Source: Prevotella sp. | Lineage (GTDB): Bacteria > Bacteroidota > Bacteroidia > Bacteroidales > Bacteroidaceae | Assembly: GCA_052273435.1 (NCBI GenBank) | Contig: DAVZIG010000001.1 | Coordinates: 51,812-115,811 of the forward strand | Direction of reading: 5' to 3' | Length of the DNA: 64,000 nucleotides | In this document: in pieces, positions 37,588 through 48,499 of the stretch | How positions within the stretch are numbered: the first letter of the stretch is position 1 | How the letters are laid out: each line of letters begins with the position of its first letter | The notes under the pieces: model-generated | What the model saw: only the letters and a program-made list of their open reading frames with translations | The model's database searches: none | Told to the model about the DNA's origin: nothing | Position numbers and translations under genes: made by a program

Positions 37588-37611
37588 GTATTAAGGAAAG
37601 GAGTAAGCAAA

Positions 37612-38091
37612 ATGAAAGAAGAAAATACATCCTCGCCCGACCCGCGCGAAATACTCAAGCATCTTGAGGCAACGCCCAACGAGAGCGTGGATGAAGATGA
37701 GCCGCCTTCGTTGCGCACTATCATACGCGAGACCACAGAGGAGGACATGCCCATCACCAAGAATATCACACTTAAGAAAATCCTTGGTGGCGACATACTA
37801 AGTGCCGATGTGATACGCAAGCAGATATGGCTGGTGCTGCTCATCTCGCTCTTCATTGTGGTGTATATTTCCAACCGCTACAAATGCCAACAGAACCTGA
37901 TACGCATAAGCCAGCTCACAGAACAGCTGAAGGACGCGAAATACCGCGCTCTGTCGAGCAGCAGCGACCTGACACAGCAGACACGTGAGAGTATGGTGCT
38001 CGAAAAACTGCGTTTCGAGAAAGACAGTACGCTGCACATTGCCACACAGCCACCATACATTATTAATGTAAATGATTCAGAGAGGAAATGA
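37612..38091 (+). CDS. ftsL: FtsL-like cell division protein
   Basis: Single TM helix, then YISNRY and a coiled coil; located between rsmH and the PBP gene. Confidence 0.75.
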   Translation: MKEENTSSPDPREILKHLEATPNESVDEDEPPSLRTIIRETTEEDMPITKNITLKKILGGDILSADVIRKQIWLVLLISLFIVVYISNRYKCQQNLIRISQLTEQLKDAKYRALSSSSDLTQQTRESMVLEKLRFEKDSTLHIATQPPYIINVNDSERK

Positions 38092-40247
38092 GCAAGTTTG
38101 ACAGTAAAAAAGTGATGCCGCGCTACAGCTTCCTTGCCATCATAATGACGATTATAGCTACAGCGGTGCTCGGACGCACTCTGTATATTATGACTGCCAA
38201 GCGCGACTTCTGGATGAAGGTGGCTGATAGAGTGAAGGTGGACAGCGTGGTGACTCCGCCCGTGAGAGGCAACATTCTAAGCTGCGACGGACAGCTTTTG
38301 GCTTCGTCGCTGCCGCAATACAAGATGTTTGTCGACTTCAGGGCTATACACGCTGCGGGCAAAGACTCGCTGTTTGAGGTGAAGCTCGACTCTATAGCCG
38401 AAGGACTCAACGCAATATTCCCCGACAGCTCTGCCGCCAAGTTTAAGGCTCATCTGCTTGAGGGCTATCATAAACAGAAAGCTCACTGGGCTGTTTGGAA
38501 CCGGCGTGTGAACTACAGCACCTACGCCGAGGTGAAGAGTCTGCCGATATTCAATCTTGGCAAGAACCGTGGCGGATTCCATACCGAGGAGTATAATGCA
38601 CGCAAGCAGGCATACGGTTCGCTTGCTCTGCGCACCATAGGCAAGATGTATGGCGAGATCGACTCGGCGCAATGCGGACTTGAGCTGCACTACGACTCAT
38701 TGCTGCGCGGCGAGACTGGAGTGAGCCACGGACGTAAGGTGCTCAACAAATTCCTGTATCTCACCGACCAACCGCCAGTGGATGGTGCCGACATTGTCAC
38801 CACTATTGATGTGTCGATGCAGGACCTTGCCGAGCGTGCCTTGCTCGACGAGCTTTACAAAATCAACGCCAACGTGGGTGTGGCGATAGTAATGGAGGTG
38901 AAGACGGGCGACGTGAAAGCCATTGTCAATATGACGAAATGTGCCGACGGAACATTCCATGAAATAAAGAACCATGCTGTGAGCGACCTGCTTGAGCCTG
39001 GATCTGTCTTTAAGACAGCCTCTATAATGGTGGCTCTCGACGATGGATTGGTCGACACTACAGCATTTGTGGATACTGGTTGTGGTGTGTGGCCCATGTA
39101 TGGCAGAGAGATGAAGGACCACAACTGGCGACGTGGCGGATATGGCATGCTGAAATTGCCGCAAACGCTGTGGGTAAGCTCCAATATCGGTGTGAGCCGC
39201 ATCATCGACGACCGCTACAAGGACAATCCTGAGAAATATGTTCAGGGAATACGTCGACTGGGACTTGCCGACGACTTGCATCTGCCTATCCCAGGCTACT
39301 CGCCTGCCAAGATACGAATGCCTCGCAAGGACTCGCGCGGAAAACAATATGTCAACTGGAGCAAGACCACACTGCCATGGATGAGTATTGGCTACGAGAC
39401 ACAGGTGCCGCCAATCTCCACGCTTACATTCTATAATGCTATTGCCAATGGGGGCAAGATGATGCGCCCGCGCTTTGTGAAGGAGGTGAGAAAGAATGGT
39501 CAGGTGATAATGACATTCCCGCCAGAGGTGATGCGTGAGCAGATTGCCAAACCTACAACGATAAATAAAATCACACGAATCCTGGAACAAGTGGTGAGTG
39601 TGGGACTCGGCAAGAAAGCGGGTTCGCCATCATTCCTTGTGGCTGGTAAAACCGGTACGGCGCAAATCTCAAAGGGAGCGGCTGGATATAAGAGTGGACA
39701 AGTGAACTATCTCCTCTCGTTTGCAGGATTTTTTCCTGCCTATGAGCCACGCTACAGTTGCATTGTGTGCATACAGAAATCCGGACTTCCGGCTTCGGGT
39801 GGCGGCATGAGCGGCGTGGTGTTCCACGACATTGCCGAGGGAATCATGGCGCAGAGCCTTAAGCTTGAGGCTGCTGATGCCCGCGACTCTCTGTCGATAT
39901 TCATTCCTCAGGTGAAGAATGGCAATATACTCGCTGCTGACTATGTGCTCACTCATCTTGGCTTCGAGCCAAATACCAATTGGAGTGGCAGTTATGCCGA
40001 CGGCAATCCTATATGGGGACATGCAGCAGAGACTGGTGGCAAGACCATCGACCTGCAGCGTGAGCCTCTTGGTGACAAATCGCAAATGCCTGATGTTCAT
40101 GGTATGGGAGCACGCGACGCGGTATTCCTAATAGAAAGCCGTGGAATAAAGGTGAAAATCAATGGACGAGGAAAAGTTGTGGCGCAGAGCATTGGTCCGG
40201 GAATGAATGTGAAGAAGGGAATGACCTGCGTGTTGAAAATGGAGTAG
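38088..40247 (+). CDS. ftsI: Class B penicillin-binding protein with a C-terminal PASTA domain
   Basis: RGNI, GLE, EPGSVFK (SxxK), SSN, KTG and MPDV.GM..RDA; dcw position. Confidence 0.93.
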   Translation: MSKFDSKKVMPRYSFLAIIMTIIATAVLGRTLYIMTAKRDFWMKVADRVKVDSVVTPPVRGNILSCDGQLLASSLPQYKMFVDFRAIHAAGKDSLFEVKLDSIAEGLNAIFPDSSAAKFKAHLLEGYHKQKAHWAVWNRRVNYSTYAEVKSLPIFNLGKNRGGFHTEEYNARKQAYGSLALRTIGKMYGEIDSAQCGLELHYDSLLRGETGVSHGRKVLNKFLYLTDQPPVDGADIVTTIDVSMQDLAERALLDELYKINANVGVAIVMEVKTGDVKAIVNMTKCADGTFHEIKNHAVSDLLEPGSVFKTASIMVALDDGLVDTTAFVDTGCGVWPMYGREMKDHNWRRGGYGMLKLPQTLWVSSNIGVSRIIDDRYKDNPEKYVQGIRRLGLADDLHLPIPGYSPAKIRMPRKDSRGKQYVNWSKTTLPWMSIGYETQVPPISTLTFYNAIANGGKMMRPRFVKEVRKNGQVIMTFPPEVMREQIAKPTTINKITRILEQVVSVGLGKKAGSPSFLVAGKTGTAQISKGAAGYKSGQVNYLLSFAGFFPAYEPRYSCIVCIQKSGLPASGGGMSGVVFHDIAEGIMAQSLKLEAADARDSLSIFIPQVKNGNILAADYVLTHLGFEPNTNWSGSYADGNPIWGHAAETGGKTIDLQREPLGDKSQMPDVHGMGARDAVFLIESRGIKVKINGRGKVVAQSIGPGMNVKKGMTCVLKME

Positions 40248-40296
40248 GATGAACTCCTTAAATTTTAAAATAAAAACAATAATTCTAAATAAAAAC

Positions 40297-41745
40297 ATGA
40301 AACTCAAGGAATTGCTCAATGCCATCCCCGTTGTTGCCGTAATCGGTAATGAGGATGTAGAAATCACTGGTGTGAACATCGACTCGCGCCGTATCAAGGA
40401 TGGTCATCTCTTCATTGCTATGAAGGGAACTCAGGTAGACGGCCATAAATTCATACCCAAAGCCGTGGAACTTGGAGCAAAGGCTGTGCTTTGCCAGGAC
40501 ATGCCCGAGGAAAAGAAGGAAGGCGTGACTTATGTTCAGGTTGAATCTACCGAGGATGCAGTAGGCAAAGTGGCAACCACTTTCCATGGCAATCCATCGA
40601 GCAAGCTCAAGCTTGTGGGAGTGACTGGAACTAATGGCAAAACCACCATCGCCACATTATTATATAATATGTTCACGAAGTTGGGCCATAAGTGTGGCTT
40701 GCTCTCTACTGTGTGCAACTACATTGTGGACGAGCGCGTACCTGCCGACCATACAACTCCTGACCCAATAGCACTCAATGAGTTGCTCGACCGTATGGTA
40801 AAGGCTGGATGCGAGTATGCTTTCATGGAGTGCTCGTCGCACGCCATTGCCCAGAAGCGTATTGGCGGACTGACCTTTGCTGGTGGAATATTCACCAATC
40901 TCACACGCGACCATCTCGACTATCACAAGACATTCGAGAACTATCGCAATGCCAAGAAGGCTTTCTTCGACTCTCTGCCCAAGACTGCTTTCGCCATTAC
41001 CAATGCCGACGACAAGAACGGAATGGTGATGGTGCAGAACACCAAGGCTACTGTAAAGACCTATTCCACACGCTCTGTGGCTGACTTCAAGGCTCGCATC
41101 ATCGAGTGTCATTTCGAGGGAATGTATCTTGAGATGGATGGTCGTGAGGTGGGAGTGCAGTTCATCGGCAAGTTCAATGTGAGCAATCTGCTCGCCGTTT
41201 ATGCTGCTGCCGTAATGCTTGGTGTTAAGTCGGAGGATGTGCTTGTGGTAATGAGCACTTTGCATAGTGTAAGTGGACGACTCGAACCAATCCACTCTCC
41301 CGAGGGTTATACCGCAGTTGTGGATTATGCCCACACGCCTGATGCCTTGGAGAATGTGCTCAGTGCCATTCACGAGGTACTTGACGGCAAGGGACATGTA
41401 ATCACAGTATGTGGTGCCGGTGGCAACCGCGACAAAGGCAAGCGTCCGCTTATGGCTCAGGAGGCTGTTAAGCAGAGCGACCGTGTTATTATCACAAGCG
41501 ACAATCCCCGTTTTGAGGAACCGCAGGAAATTATCAACGATATGCTTGCCGGACTCAACCCACAGCAGATGAAGAAGGTTATCTCTATCGTCGACCGCCG
41601 CGAGGCTATACGCACAGCCTGCATGATGGCTCAGAAGGGCGATGTGATTCTCATTGCCGGCAAGGGACATGAGGACTATCAGGAGATAAAGGGAGTGAAA
41701 CATCATTTCGACGACCATGAGGTTGTGAGAGAATTTATGAATTAG
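40297..41745 (+). CDS. murE: UDP-MurNAc-Ala-Glu:meso-DAP ligase
   Basis: [42 protein letters not shown] (DAP specificity) and AGKGHE. Confidence 0.97.
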   Translation: MKLKELLNAIPVVAVIGNEDVEITGVNIDSRRIKDGHLFIAMKGTQVDGHKFIPKAVELGAKAVLCQDMPEEKKEGVTYVQVESTEDAVGKVATTFHGNPSSKLKLVGVTGTNGKTTIATLLYNMFTKLGHKCGLLSTVCNYIVDERVPADHTTPDPIALNELLDRMVKAGCEYAFMECSSHAIAQKRIGGLTFAGGIFTNLTRDHLDYHKTFENYRNAKKAFFDSLPKTAFAITNADDKNGMVMVQNTKATVKTYSTRSVADFKARIIECHFEGMYLEMDGREVGVQFIGKFNVSNLLAVYAAAVMLGVKSEDVLVVMSTLHSVSGRLEPIHSPEGYTAVVDYAHTPDALENVLSAIHEVLDGKGHVITVCGAGGNRDKGKRPLMAQEAVKQSDRVIITSDNPRFEEPQEIINDMLAGLNPQQMKKVISIVDRREAIRTACMMAQKGDVILIAGKGHEDYQEIKGVKHHFDDHEVVREFMN

Positions 41746-41873
41746 GAGTTTTGAGTTTTGAATTTTGAATTGTCGGCTGCGCCGCGATTTTGAATTATTC
41801 AATCTTGAATTGAGAATTCATGCATTCAATATTCGAAACTCAACATTCAACAATCAACATTCAATATTCAAAA
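41746..41873. repeat. Heptamer-rich hairpin element, copy 2
   Basis: gagtttt/gaatttt heptamers facing attcaat/actcaac heptamers; core ttgaattgtcggct...tgaattattcaat resembles 14101-14146. Confidence 0.75.
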
Positions 41874-41874
41874 A

Positions 41875-43143
41875 ATGCTATATTATCTTTTCCGCTTCCT
41901 CGAGCAATACGGTATAAGTGGTTCACATATGTGGGGCTATATCTCGTTCCGCTCGTTGTTGGCACTCATTCTTTCGCTTGTCATCTCGGCATGGTTTGGC
42001 GAGCGATTCATCAAGTATCTCAAGAGTAAGCAAATCACTGAGACACAGCGCGACGCGTCAATCGACCCGTTTGGTGTAAAGAAAATAGGTGTGCCGTCGA
42101 TGGGTGGCATCATCATAATAGTTGCAATACTTGTGCCTGTGTTGTTGCTCGGTCGTCTGCGCAACATCTATCTGCTGCTGATGATTATCACTACGGTGTG
42201 GCTTGGATTCCTTGGTGGCATGGACGACTTCATCAAGATTTTCCGCCGCAACAAGGAGGGTTTGAAGGGCAAATACAAGATTGTGGGTCAGATAGGTATC
42301 GGACTCATCGTTGGCTTGGTTCTATGGGCTTCGCCAGATGTAAAGATGAACGAGAACCTTGCTTATGAGAAGCAGGGACATGAACTTGTGGTGAAACACC
42401 GCACAGAGGCTTGCAAGTCGCTGAAAACCACAATTCCCTTTGTCAAGGGACATAACCTCGACTATTCGCGCATAACCAGCGTATTTGGTGAGCACCGTGT
42501 GGCTGCAGGGTGGATTCTGTTTGTAATCATGACTATCTTCGTAGTGACTGCAGTCAGCAACGGAGCCAACCTCAACGACGGTATGGATGGCATGTGTGCA
42601 GGCAATTCGGCAATAATAGGTGTGGCATTAGGCATATTGGCTTATGTGAGCTCGCACATCGAATACGCCAGCTACCTCAATATTATGTACATTCCTGGTT
42701 CCGAGGAACTTGTGGTGTTCCTTTGCGCTTTCATAGGTGCACTGATAGGTTTCCTATGGTACAACGCCTATCCAGCCCAGGTGTTCATGGGCGATACAGG
42801 CTCGCTGACAATCGGTGGCATCATAGCTGTGACAGCAATCATCATCCATAAGGAGTTGATGTTGCCTATTCTCTGTGGTATCTTCTTTGTAGAGAGTCTC
42901 AGCGTCATTGTGCAGGTGTACTACTACAAACTCGGCAAACACCGTGGTGTGAAGCAGCGTATCTTCAAGCGCACGCCTATCCACGACAATTTCCGCACTC
43001 AGCAGTCGCAGCTCGACCCTGATTGCAAATACCTCATCAAGCGACCAAAGGGTGCAATACATGAGTCGAAGATTACAATCCGATTCTGGATTACTACCAT
43101 CATATTGGCTGCACTAACAATAATAACACTGAAGATAAGATAA
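41875..43143 (+). CDS. mraY: Phospho-MurNAc-pentapeptide translocase
   Basis: PSMGG, G.MDD, NGANLNDGMDG, FLWYN.YPAQVFMGDTGS and PIH; many TM helices. Confidence 0.96.
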   Translation: MLYYLFRFLEQYGISGSHMWGYISFRSLLALILSLVISAWFGERFIKYLKSKQITETQRDASIDPFGVKKIGVPSMGGIIIIVAILVPVLLLGRLRNIYLLLMIITTVWLGFLGGMDDFIKIFRRNKEGLKGKYKIVGQIGIGLIVGLVLWASPDVKMNENLAYEKQGHELVVKHRTEACKSLKTTIPFVKGHNLDYSRITSVFGEHRVAAGWILFVIMTIFVVTAVSNGANLNDGMDGMCAGNSAIIGVALGILAYVSSHIEYASYLNIMYIPGSEELVVFLCAFIGALIGFLWYNAYPAQVFMGDTGSLTIGGIIAVTAIIIHKELMLPILCGIFFVESLSVIVQVYYYKLGKHRGVKQRIFKRTPIHDNFRTQQSQLDPDCKYLIKRPKGAIHESKITIRFWITTIILAALTIITLKIR

Positions 43144-43149
43144 TATAGT

Positions 43150-44481
43150 ATGAAACGCATAGTAGTTCTCGGTGCCGGCGAGAGTGGAGCCGGTGCCGCC
43201 GTATTGGCAAAGAAAGAAGGATTCGACGTGTTCGTAAGCGACATGTCGGCTATCAAGGACAAGTATAAGAAACTGCTCGACGACCACGGTATCGAATGGG
43301 AGGAGAAACAGCACACTGAGGAGAAAATACTCTCTGCCGACGAAATCATCAAGAGTCCTGGCATTCCCAAGGAGGCTCCCATGGTGAAGAAAGCTATAGA
43401 CAAAGGCATTCACATCATCAGCGAGATTGAGTTTGCCGGACGTTACACCAACTCAAAGATGATATGCATCACAGGCTCAAATGGCAAGACCACAACAACC
43501 TCGCTCATCTACCACATCTTCAAGACTGCTGGTTACGATGCAGGGCTTGCTGGAAACATCGGACGCTCGCTTGCTCTCCAGGTGGCGGAAGATCCACACG
43601 AATACTACATCATCGAGCTTAGCTCGTTCCAGCTCGACGACATGTACGACTTCCATGCCAACATTGCCATCCTGCTTAACATCACTCCCGACCATCTCGA
43701 CCGCTACGACTACTGCATGCAGAACTACGTGGACGCTAAGATGCGCATCATTCAGAACCAGACACAGCAGGACTCATTTATCTACTGGAATGACGACCCC
43801 GTAATCAAGCGCGAGCTTGAGAAATACGACATAAAGGCAATACAGTATCCATTCTCCGAACTCAAGGAGAAGGGCTCTATCGGCTACATCGAGGAAGGCA
43901 CTTACAAGATAGAGAAGCCTACTCCGTTTAATATGGAGCAGGAGGAGCTCTCGCTCACTGGCAAGCACAATATCTACAACTCGCTTGCGGCAGGTATCGC
44001 TGGAAATATCTCCGGAATCAAGAAGGAGGTCATTCGTCAGAGCCTTAGCGACTTCCCTGGTGTTGAGCACCGTTTGGAGAAGGTGTGCAAGGTAGGCGGA
44101 GTGCAATATGTCAACGACTCAAAAGCCACCAATGTCGACGCTTGCTGGTATGCTCTCGAAAGCATGCGCACACCAACAATCCTCATCATTGGAGGCAAGG
44201 ACAAGGGCAACGACTACAACGAGATAAAGGAACTGGTGAAGCAGAAGTGCAAGGCTCTCGTTTATCTCGGAGCCGACAACACCAAGCTCCACAACTTCTT
44301 CGACGGCATGGGCATCACCGTGCGCGACACCCACTCTATGAAAGACTGTGTGGCTGCTTGCTACGAACTTGCCGAGCCAGGCGATACTGTTCTCCTGAGT
44401 CCGTGTTGTGCAAGCTTCGACCTCTTCAAGAACATGGAGGACCGTGGTGAGCAATTCAAGAGTCTTGTCAGAAGTCTGTAG
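43150..44481 (+). CDS. murD: UDP-MurNAc-Ala:D-Glu ligase
   Basis: GAGESG, SPGIP, ITGSNGKTTT, GNIG, ELSSFQL, DHLDRY, NDSKATN and LSP.CASFD. Confidence 0.97.
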   Translation: MKRIVVLGAGESGAGAAVLAKKEGFDVFVSDMSAIKDKYKKLLDDHGIEWEEKQHTEEKILSADEIIKSPGIPKEAPMVKKAIDKGIHIISEIEFAGRYTNSKMICITGSNGKTTTTSLIYHIFKTAGYDAGLAGNIGRSLALQVAEDPHEYYIIELSSFQLDDMYDFHANIAILLNITPDHLDRYDYCMQNYVDAKMRIIQNQTQQDSFIYWNDDPVIKRELEKYDIKAIQYPFSELKEKGSIGYIEEGTYKIEKPTPFNMEQEELSLTGKHNIYNSLAAGIAGNISGIKKEVIRQSLSDFPGVEHRLEKVCKVGGVQYVNDSKATNVDACWYALESMRTPTILIIGGKDKGNDYNEIKELVKQKCKALVYLGADNTKLHNFFDGMGITVRDTHSMKDCVAACYELAEPGDTVLLSPCCASFDLFKNMEDRGEQFKSLVRSL

Positions 44482-44511
44482 GGTTAATTATCATAATTAC
44501 CACTAAAAGAA

Positions 44512-45789
44512 ATGATAAACAAAACATTAGGCAACATATTCAAGGGCGACAAGGTTATATGGATGGTGTTCTTCTTCCTCTGCCTTATCAGCGTGATTGA
44601 AGTATACTCGGCTTCTGCCCAGCTCACATATAAGGCAGGCAGCTACATAGCACCGATGATAAAACACATCGGACTGCTATGTGTCGGAGTGTTCTTCACC
44701 GTGCTGACGCTCAATGTGAAATGCAGATATTTCAAGGCTCTCACCACGCCAATGTTGGCATTATCGTTTGCCACACTTGTATGGGTTTACTTTGTGGGTG
44801 CTTCCACCAATGGAGCACAACGATGGATTCCTATATTTGGCATACAGTTTCAGCCTTCCGAAATAGCCAAAGGCACTATGGTGCTTGCCACTGCACAGAT
44901 ATTGAGCGCGTTGCAGACCGAAAACGGAGCCGACAATAATGCTTTCAAGTATATCATTACTGTCAGTCTCGTTATCATACCGCTCATCATGCTCGAGAAC
45001 CTATCCACAGCTTTGCTTCTGTGCATCGTCATATTCATGATGATGATGCTTGGACGTGTTCCTATGCGCCAGCTTGGCAAGCTGCTTGGACTCACCGTGC
45101 TTTCGGCGGCATTGCTTGTGGCAGCTATCATGACTTTCGGCACTGACGAGACCCAGGAACAAGCCCCCAACAAGCAACTCACCGAACAGGTGAAGACTCC
45201 TGAAAAGAAGGACAAGAACGCACTTGAGAAGGCCTTTCACCGTTTCGACACATGGAAAGCCCGTATCGACAAGTTCCTCACCCACAAGGAGGTTACGCCA
45301 AAGGAAATAGACCTCGACAAGGATGCTCAGGTGGCTCACGCAAATATTGCCATTGCCTCGTCGAACGTGGCAGGCAAGGGACCAGGCAACTCCGAGGAGT
45401 GCAACTTCATACCACAGGCCTATTCCGACTTCATCTTCGCCATCATCATCGAAGAGATGGGCATTGAGGGAGCATTCTTTGTGGCTTTGCTCTACATCAT
45501 CCTGCTGTTCCGCACGGGACGAATAGCAAGCAGGTGCGAGAATAATTTCCCTGCTCTTCTTGCTATGGGCTTGGCATTGCTGCTTGTCACACAGGCTCTC
45601 TTCAACATGTGTGTGGCTGTGGGGCTCGCTCCAGTCACCGGACAGCCTCTGCCGCTTATCAGTAAGGGCGGAACATCTACTATAATCAACTGTATCTACA
45701 TAGGCATTATTCTCAGCATAAGCCGCTCGGCACAAAAAAGGCCAGAGATAATAGAGGAAACCAACATTACCTCTGCACAGCAAGCTTAA
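44512..45789 (+). CDS. ftsW: SEDS peptidoglycan polymerase
   Basis: GAQRWI, FQPSEIAK, DFIFAII.EE.G and PVTGQPLPLISKGG; located between murD and murG. Confidence 0.93.
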   Translation: MINKTLGNIFKGDKVIWMVFFFLCLISVIEVYSASAQLTYKAGSYIAPMIKHIGLLCVGVFFTVLTLNVKCRYFKALTTPMLALSFATLVWVYFVGASTNGAQRWIPIFGIQFQPSEIAKGTMVLATAQILSALQTENGADNNAFKYIITVSLVIIPLIMLENLSTALLLCIVIFMMMMLGRVPMRQLGKLLGLTVLSAALLVAAIMTFGTDETQEQAPNKQLTEQVKTPEKKDKNALEKAFHRFDTWKARIDKFLTHKEVTPKEIDLDKDAQVAHANIAIASSNVAGKGPGNSEECNFIPQAYSDFIFAIIIEEMGIEGAFFVALLYIILLFRTGRIASRCENNFPALLAMGLALLLVTQALFNMCVAVGLAPVTGQPLPLISKGGTSTIINCIYIGIILSISRSAQKRPEIIEETNITSAQQA

Positions 45790-45920
45790 AGATGCACTAC
45801 TGCAATGTGAAGTCCGAAAAATCGTCGCCACAGTAATAAAAAAAGCACAATAATCGGCATTGTCAGAAAAAATGAGTAATTTTGTGAGTTGAAAGTAATG
45901 CGAACAAAACCCATGAACAA

Positions 45921-47033
45921 ATGGAAAAGGAATTAAGAGTCATCGTCAGTGGCGGAGGCACGGGAGGACACATCTTCCCGGCAGTGTCAATCGCCAACGC
46001 AATAAAGTCAAAACGCCCTAACGCCAAGATACTTTTCGTTGGAGCTATAGGCAGAATGGAGATGCAGCGTGTGCCAGCGGCAGGCTACGAGATAGTGGGA
46101 TTGCCAGTGCGTGGATTCAAGCGACCATTGTGGTCGCCTGCTAATATAGGCGTGGCTCTCGACTTTTTCAAGAGCAAACACATGGTGCGCAAGACCATAC
46201 GCGATTTCGCCCCTGATGTGGCGGTAGGTGTAGGTGGATATGCCAGTGCTGCCACGCTCGACGCTGCCAATGCCATGGGTATTCCTACTCTCATCCAGGA
46301 ACAGAACTCCTATGCTGGTGTCACCAACAAGCACCTTGCGCCAAAGGCACGCAAGATTTGCGTGGCTTACGAGGGAATGGAACGCTTCTTCCCAGCCGAT
46401 AGATTAATCATCACCGGCAACCCCGTGCGACAGAACCTTATTGAGACAAGCATCACACGCGAGGAGGCCGTGCGCAGCTTCGGTCTCGACCCCGAGAAGA
46501 AGACTATACTGCTTGTGGGAGGAAGCCTTGGAGCACGCACCATCAACGAGAGCATGTTACAACATCTCGACATTGTGGAGAAAAGTGGAGTGCAGTTCAT
46601 CTGGCAGACTGGCAAGTACTACAGTGCTGCTGTTGCCGAACAACTCAAGAACCATCATGCGCTGCCAATGCTCAAGGTGATGGACTTCATAAGTGATATG
46701 GGAGCCGCCTACAAGGCTGCCGACCTTGTGATAAGTCGTGCCGGAGCAAGCTCAATCAGTGAGTTCTGCCTCATTGGTAAGCCTGTAATCCTCGTGCCAT
46801 CGCCAAACGTGGCTGAGGACCACCAGACAAAGAATGCAATGGCTCTTGTCAACAAGAGTGCCGCACTCTATGTGAAGGATGCCGAGGCTCCTGACTCTCT
46901 GCTGCAACTTGCGGTAGACACAGTGAAGGACGACGAACAGCTTGCGCAGCTCGCTGAAAACATTAAGAAACTTGGTAAGCCCAACTCTGCCGACGTCATT
47001 GCCGACGAGGTGCTGAGAATAGCAAAAAAATAA
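45921..47033 (+). CDS. murG: Lipid II GlcNAc transferase
   Basis: GGGTGGHIFPA, GGYAS, EQN, GNPVR, GGSLGA, SRAGA and HQ..NA; internal TAATTTTG promoter box at 45877-45884. Confidence 0.97.
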   Translation: MEKELRVIVSGGGTGGHIFPAVSIANAIKSKRPNAKILFVGAIGRMEMQRVPAAGYEIVGLPVRGFKRPLWSPANIGVALDFFKSKHMVRKTIRDFAPDVAVGVGGYASAATLDAANAMGIPTLIQEQNSYAGVTNKHLAPKARKICVAYEGMERFFPADRLIITGNPVRQNLIETSITREEAVRSFGLDPEKKTILLVGGSLGARTINESMLQHLDIVEKSGVQFIWQTGKYYSAAVAEQLKNHHALPMLKVMDFISDMGAAYKAADLVISRAGASSISEFCLIGKPVILVPSPNVAEDHQTKNAMALVNKSAALYVKDAEAPDSLLQLAVDTVKDDEQLAQLAENIKKLGKPNSADVIADEVLRIAKK

Positions 47034-47041
47034 GTATAATA

Positions 47042-48421
47042 ATGGAACTCAAAGATATTAAATCCGTATATTTCGTCGGTGCCGGTGGCATTGGCATGAG
47101 TGCGATAGCACGCTATTTCATACGTAAGGGTATTGTCGTGGCTGGCTACGACAAGACTCCATCGGAACTTACCAACCAGCTCGAACGCGAGGGAATGCTT
47201 CTGCACTATGAGGAGAATCCCGATGAGATACCACACGCATGTCGCAAACCCGCCTCATGCCTTGTGATTTACACTCCTGCCATACCTGCCGACCACAAGG
47301 AACTCGTTTATTTCCGTGAGCATGGCTTCACTATAGAGAAACGTGCACAGGTGCTTGGCACCCTCACCCGCACACACAAGGGACTCTGTGTGGCAGGAAC
47401 CCACGGCAAGACCAGCACATCAACCATGTGCGCCCACATAATGCATCAGAGCCATCTCGACTGCAACGCCTTCCTCGGAGGTATATCCAAGAACTATGGC
47501 ACAAACTATATTCTTTCCGATCAAAGTGACTATGTTGTGATAGAAGCCGACGAGTTCGACCGCTCTTTCCATTGGTTGCGTCCGTGGATGAGTGTAATCA
47601 CCGCTACTGATCCCGACCATCTCGACATATATGGCACAAAGGAGGCTTACCTTGAGAGCTTCCGCCACTATACCACTCTAATTCAGCCAGGTGGTGCGCT
47701 TATCATCCACCGCGGATTGGAGATGAAGCAGGATTGCCAGGAGGGTGTTAAGGTTTATGAGTATAGCCGCGACGAAGGCGACTTCCATGCCGAGAACATA
47801 CGCATTGACAACGGCAACATCACGTTCGACTTCATATCGCCTATTGAGTGTGTGAATAATGTTGAACTTGGACAGCCGGTGCCTATCAACATCGACAACG
47901 GTATCGCTGCCATGGCTATGGCTCAGCTCAATGGCTGCACCGCCGAAGAACTGAAATATGGCATGAAGACCTACCGTGGCGTGAACCGCCGCTTCGACTT
48001 CAAAATCAAGAACGACCGCCATGTGTTGCTCTCCGACTATGCTCATCATCCCAATGAGATATATCAGAGTGCCAAGAGCATACGCGAGCTCTATCGCAAC
48101 CGCCGCATCACGGCAATCTTCCAACCTCACCTCTACACTCGCACACGCGACTTCTACAAGGAATTTGCCAGTGCCCTCTCACAGCTTGACGAGGTGATTC
48201 TATGCGACATCTATCCTGCACGTGAGCAGCCTATACCGGGAGTAACCTCTAAGCTCATCTACGACAACCTTGCTGATGGAGTGGAGAAGAGCATGATACA
48301 CAAGGAGGATGTGCTCGACCTCGTGAAGAGCCGCGACTTTGATGTGCTTGTTATTCTTGGAGCTGGCGACCTCGACAACTACGTGCCGCAGATTGCCAAA
48401 ATTATCGAGGCTAAAAAATAA
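47042..48421 (+). CDS. murC: UDP-MurNAc:L-Ala ligase
   Basis: GAGGIGMSAIA, VAGTHGKTST, EADEFD, RRF, DYAHHP, FQPH...RT and GAGD. Confidence 0.97.
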   Translation: MELKDIKSVYFVGAGGIGMSAIARYFIRKGIVVAGYDKTPSELTNQLEREGMLLHYEENPDEIPHACRKPASCLVIYTPAIPADHKELVYFREHGFTIEKRAQVLGTLTRTHKGLCVAGTHGKTSTSTMCAHIMHQSHLDCNAFLGGISKNYGTNYILSDQSDYVVIEADEFDRSFHWLRPWMSVITATDPDHLDIYGTKEAYLESFRHYTTLIQPGGALIIHRGLEMKQDCQEGVKVYEYSRDEGDFHAENIRIDNGNITFDFISPIECVNNVELGQPVPINIDNGIAAMAMAQLNGCTAEELKYGMKTYRGVNRRFDFKIKNDRHVLLSDYAHHPNEIYQSAKSIRELYRNRRITAIFQPHLYTRTRDFYKEFASALSQLDEVILCDIYPAREQPIPGVTSKLIYDNLADGVEKSMIHKEDVLDLVKSRDFDVLVILGAGDLDNYVPQIAKIIEAKK

Positions 48422-48499
48422 GTCAACAAATATAACGTGGACAGCCGCGGTTGCTTGCTGCGGCTGACTCTTACAAACAAGTATAGACACAAACACAAA

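Noticed and set aside
40660..41802. 380-aa antisense ORF over murE, and similar long antisense ORFs at 49789-50769, 38697-39590, 45001-45831 and 1373-2131
   Set aside because: Shadow frames of strongly codon-biased genes, with no recognisable motifs or independent expression signals.
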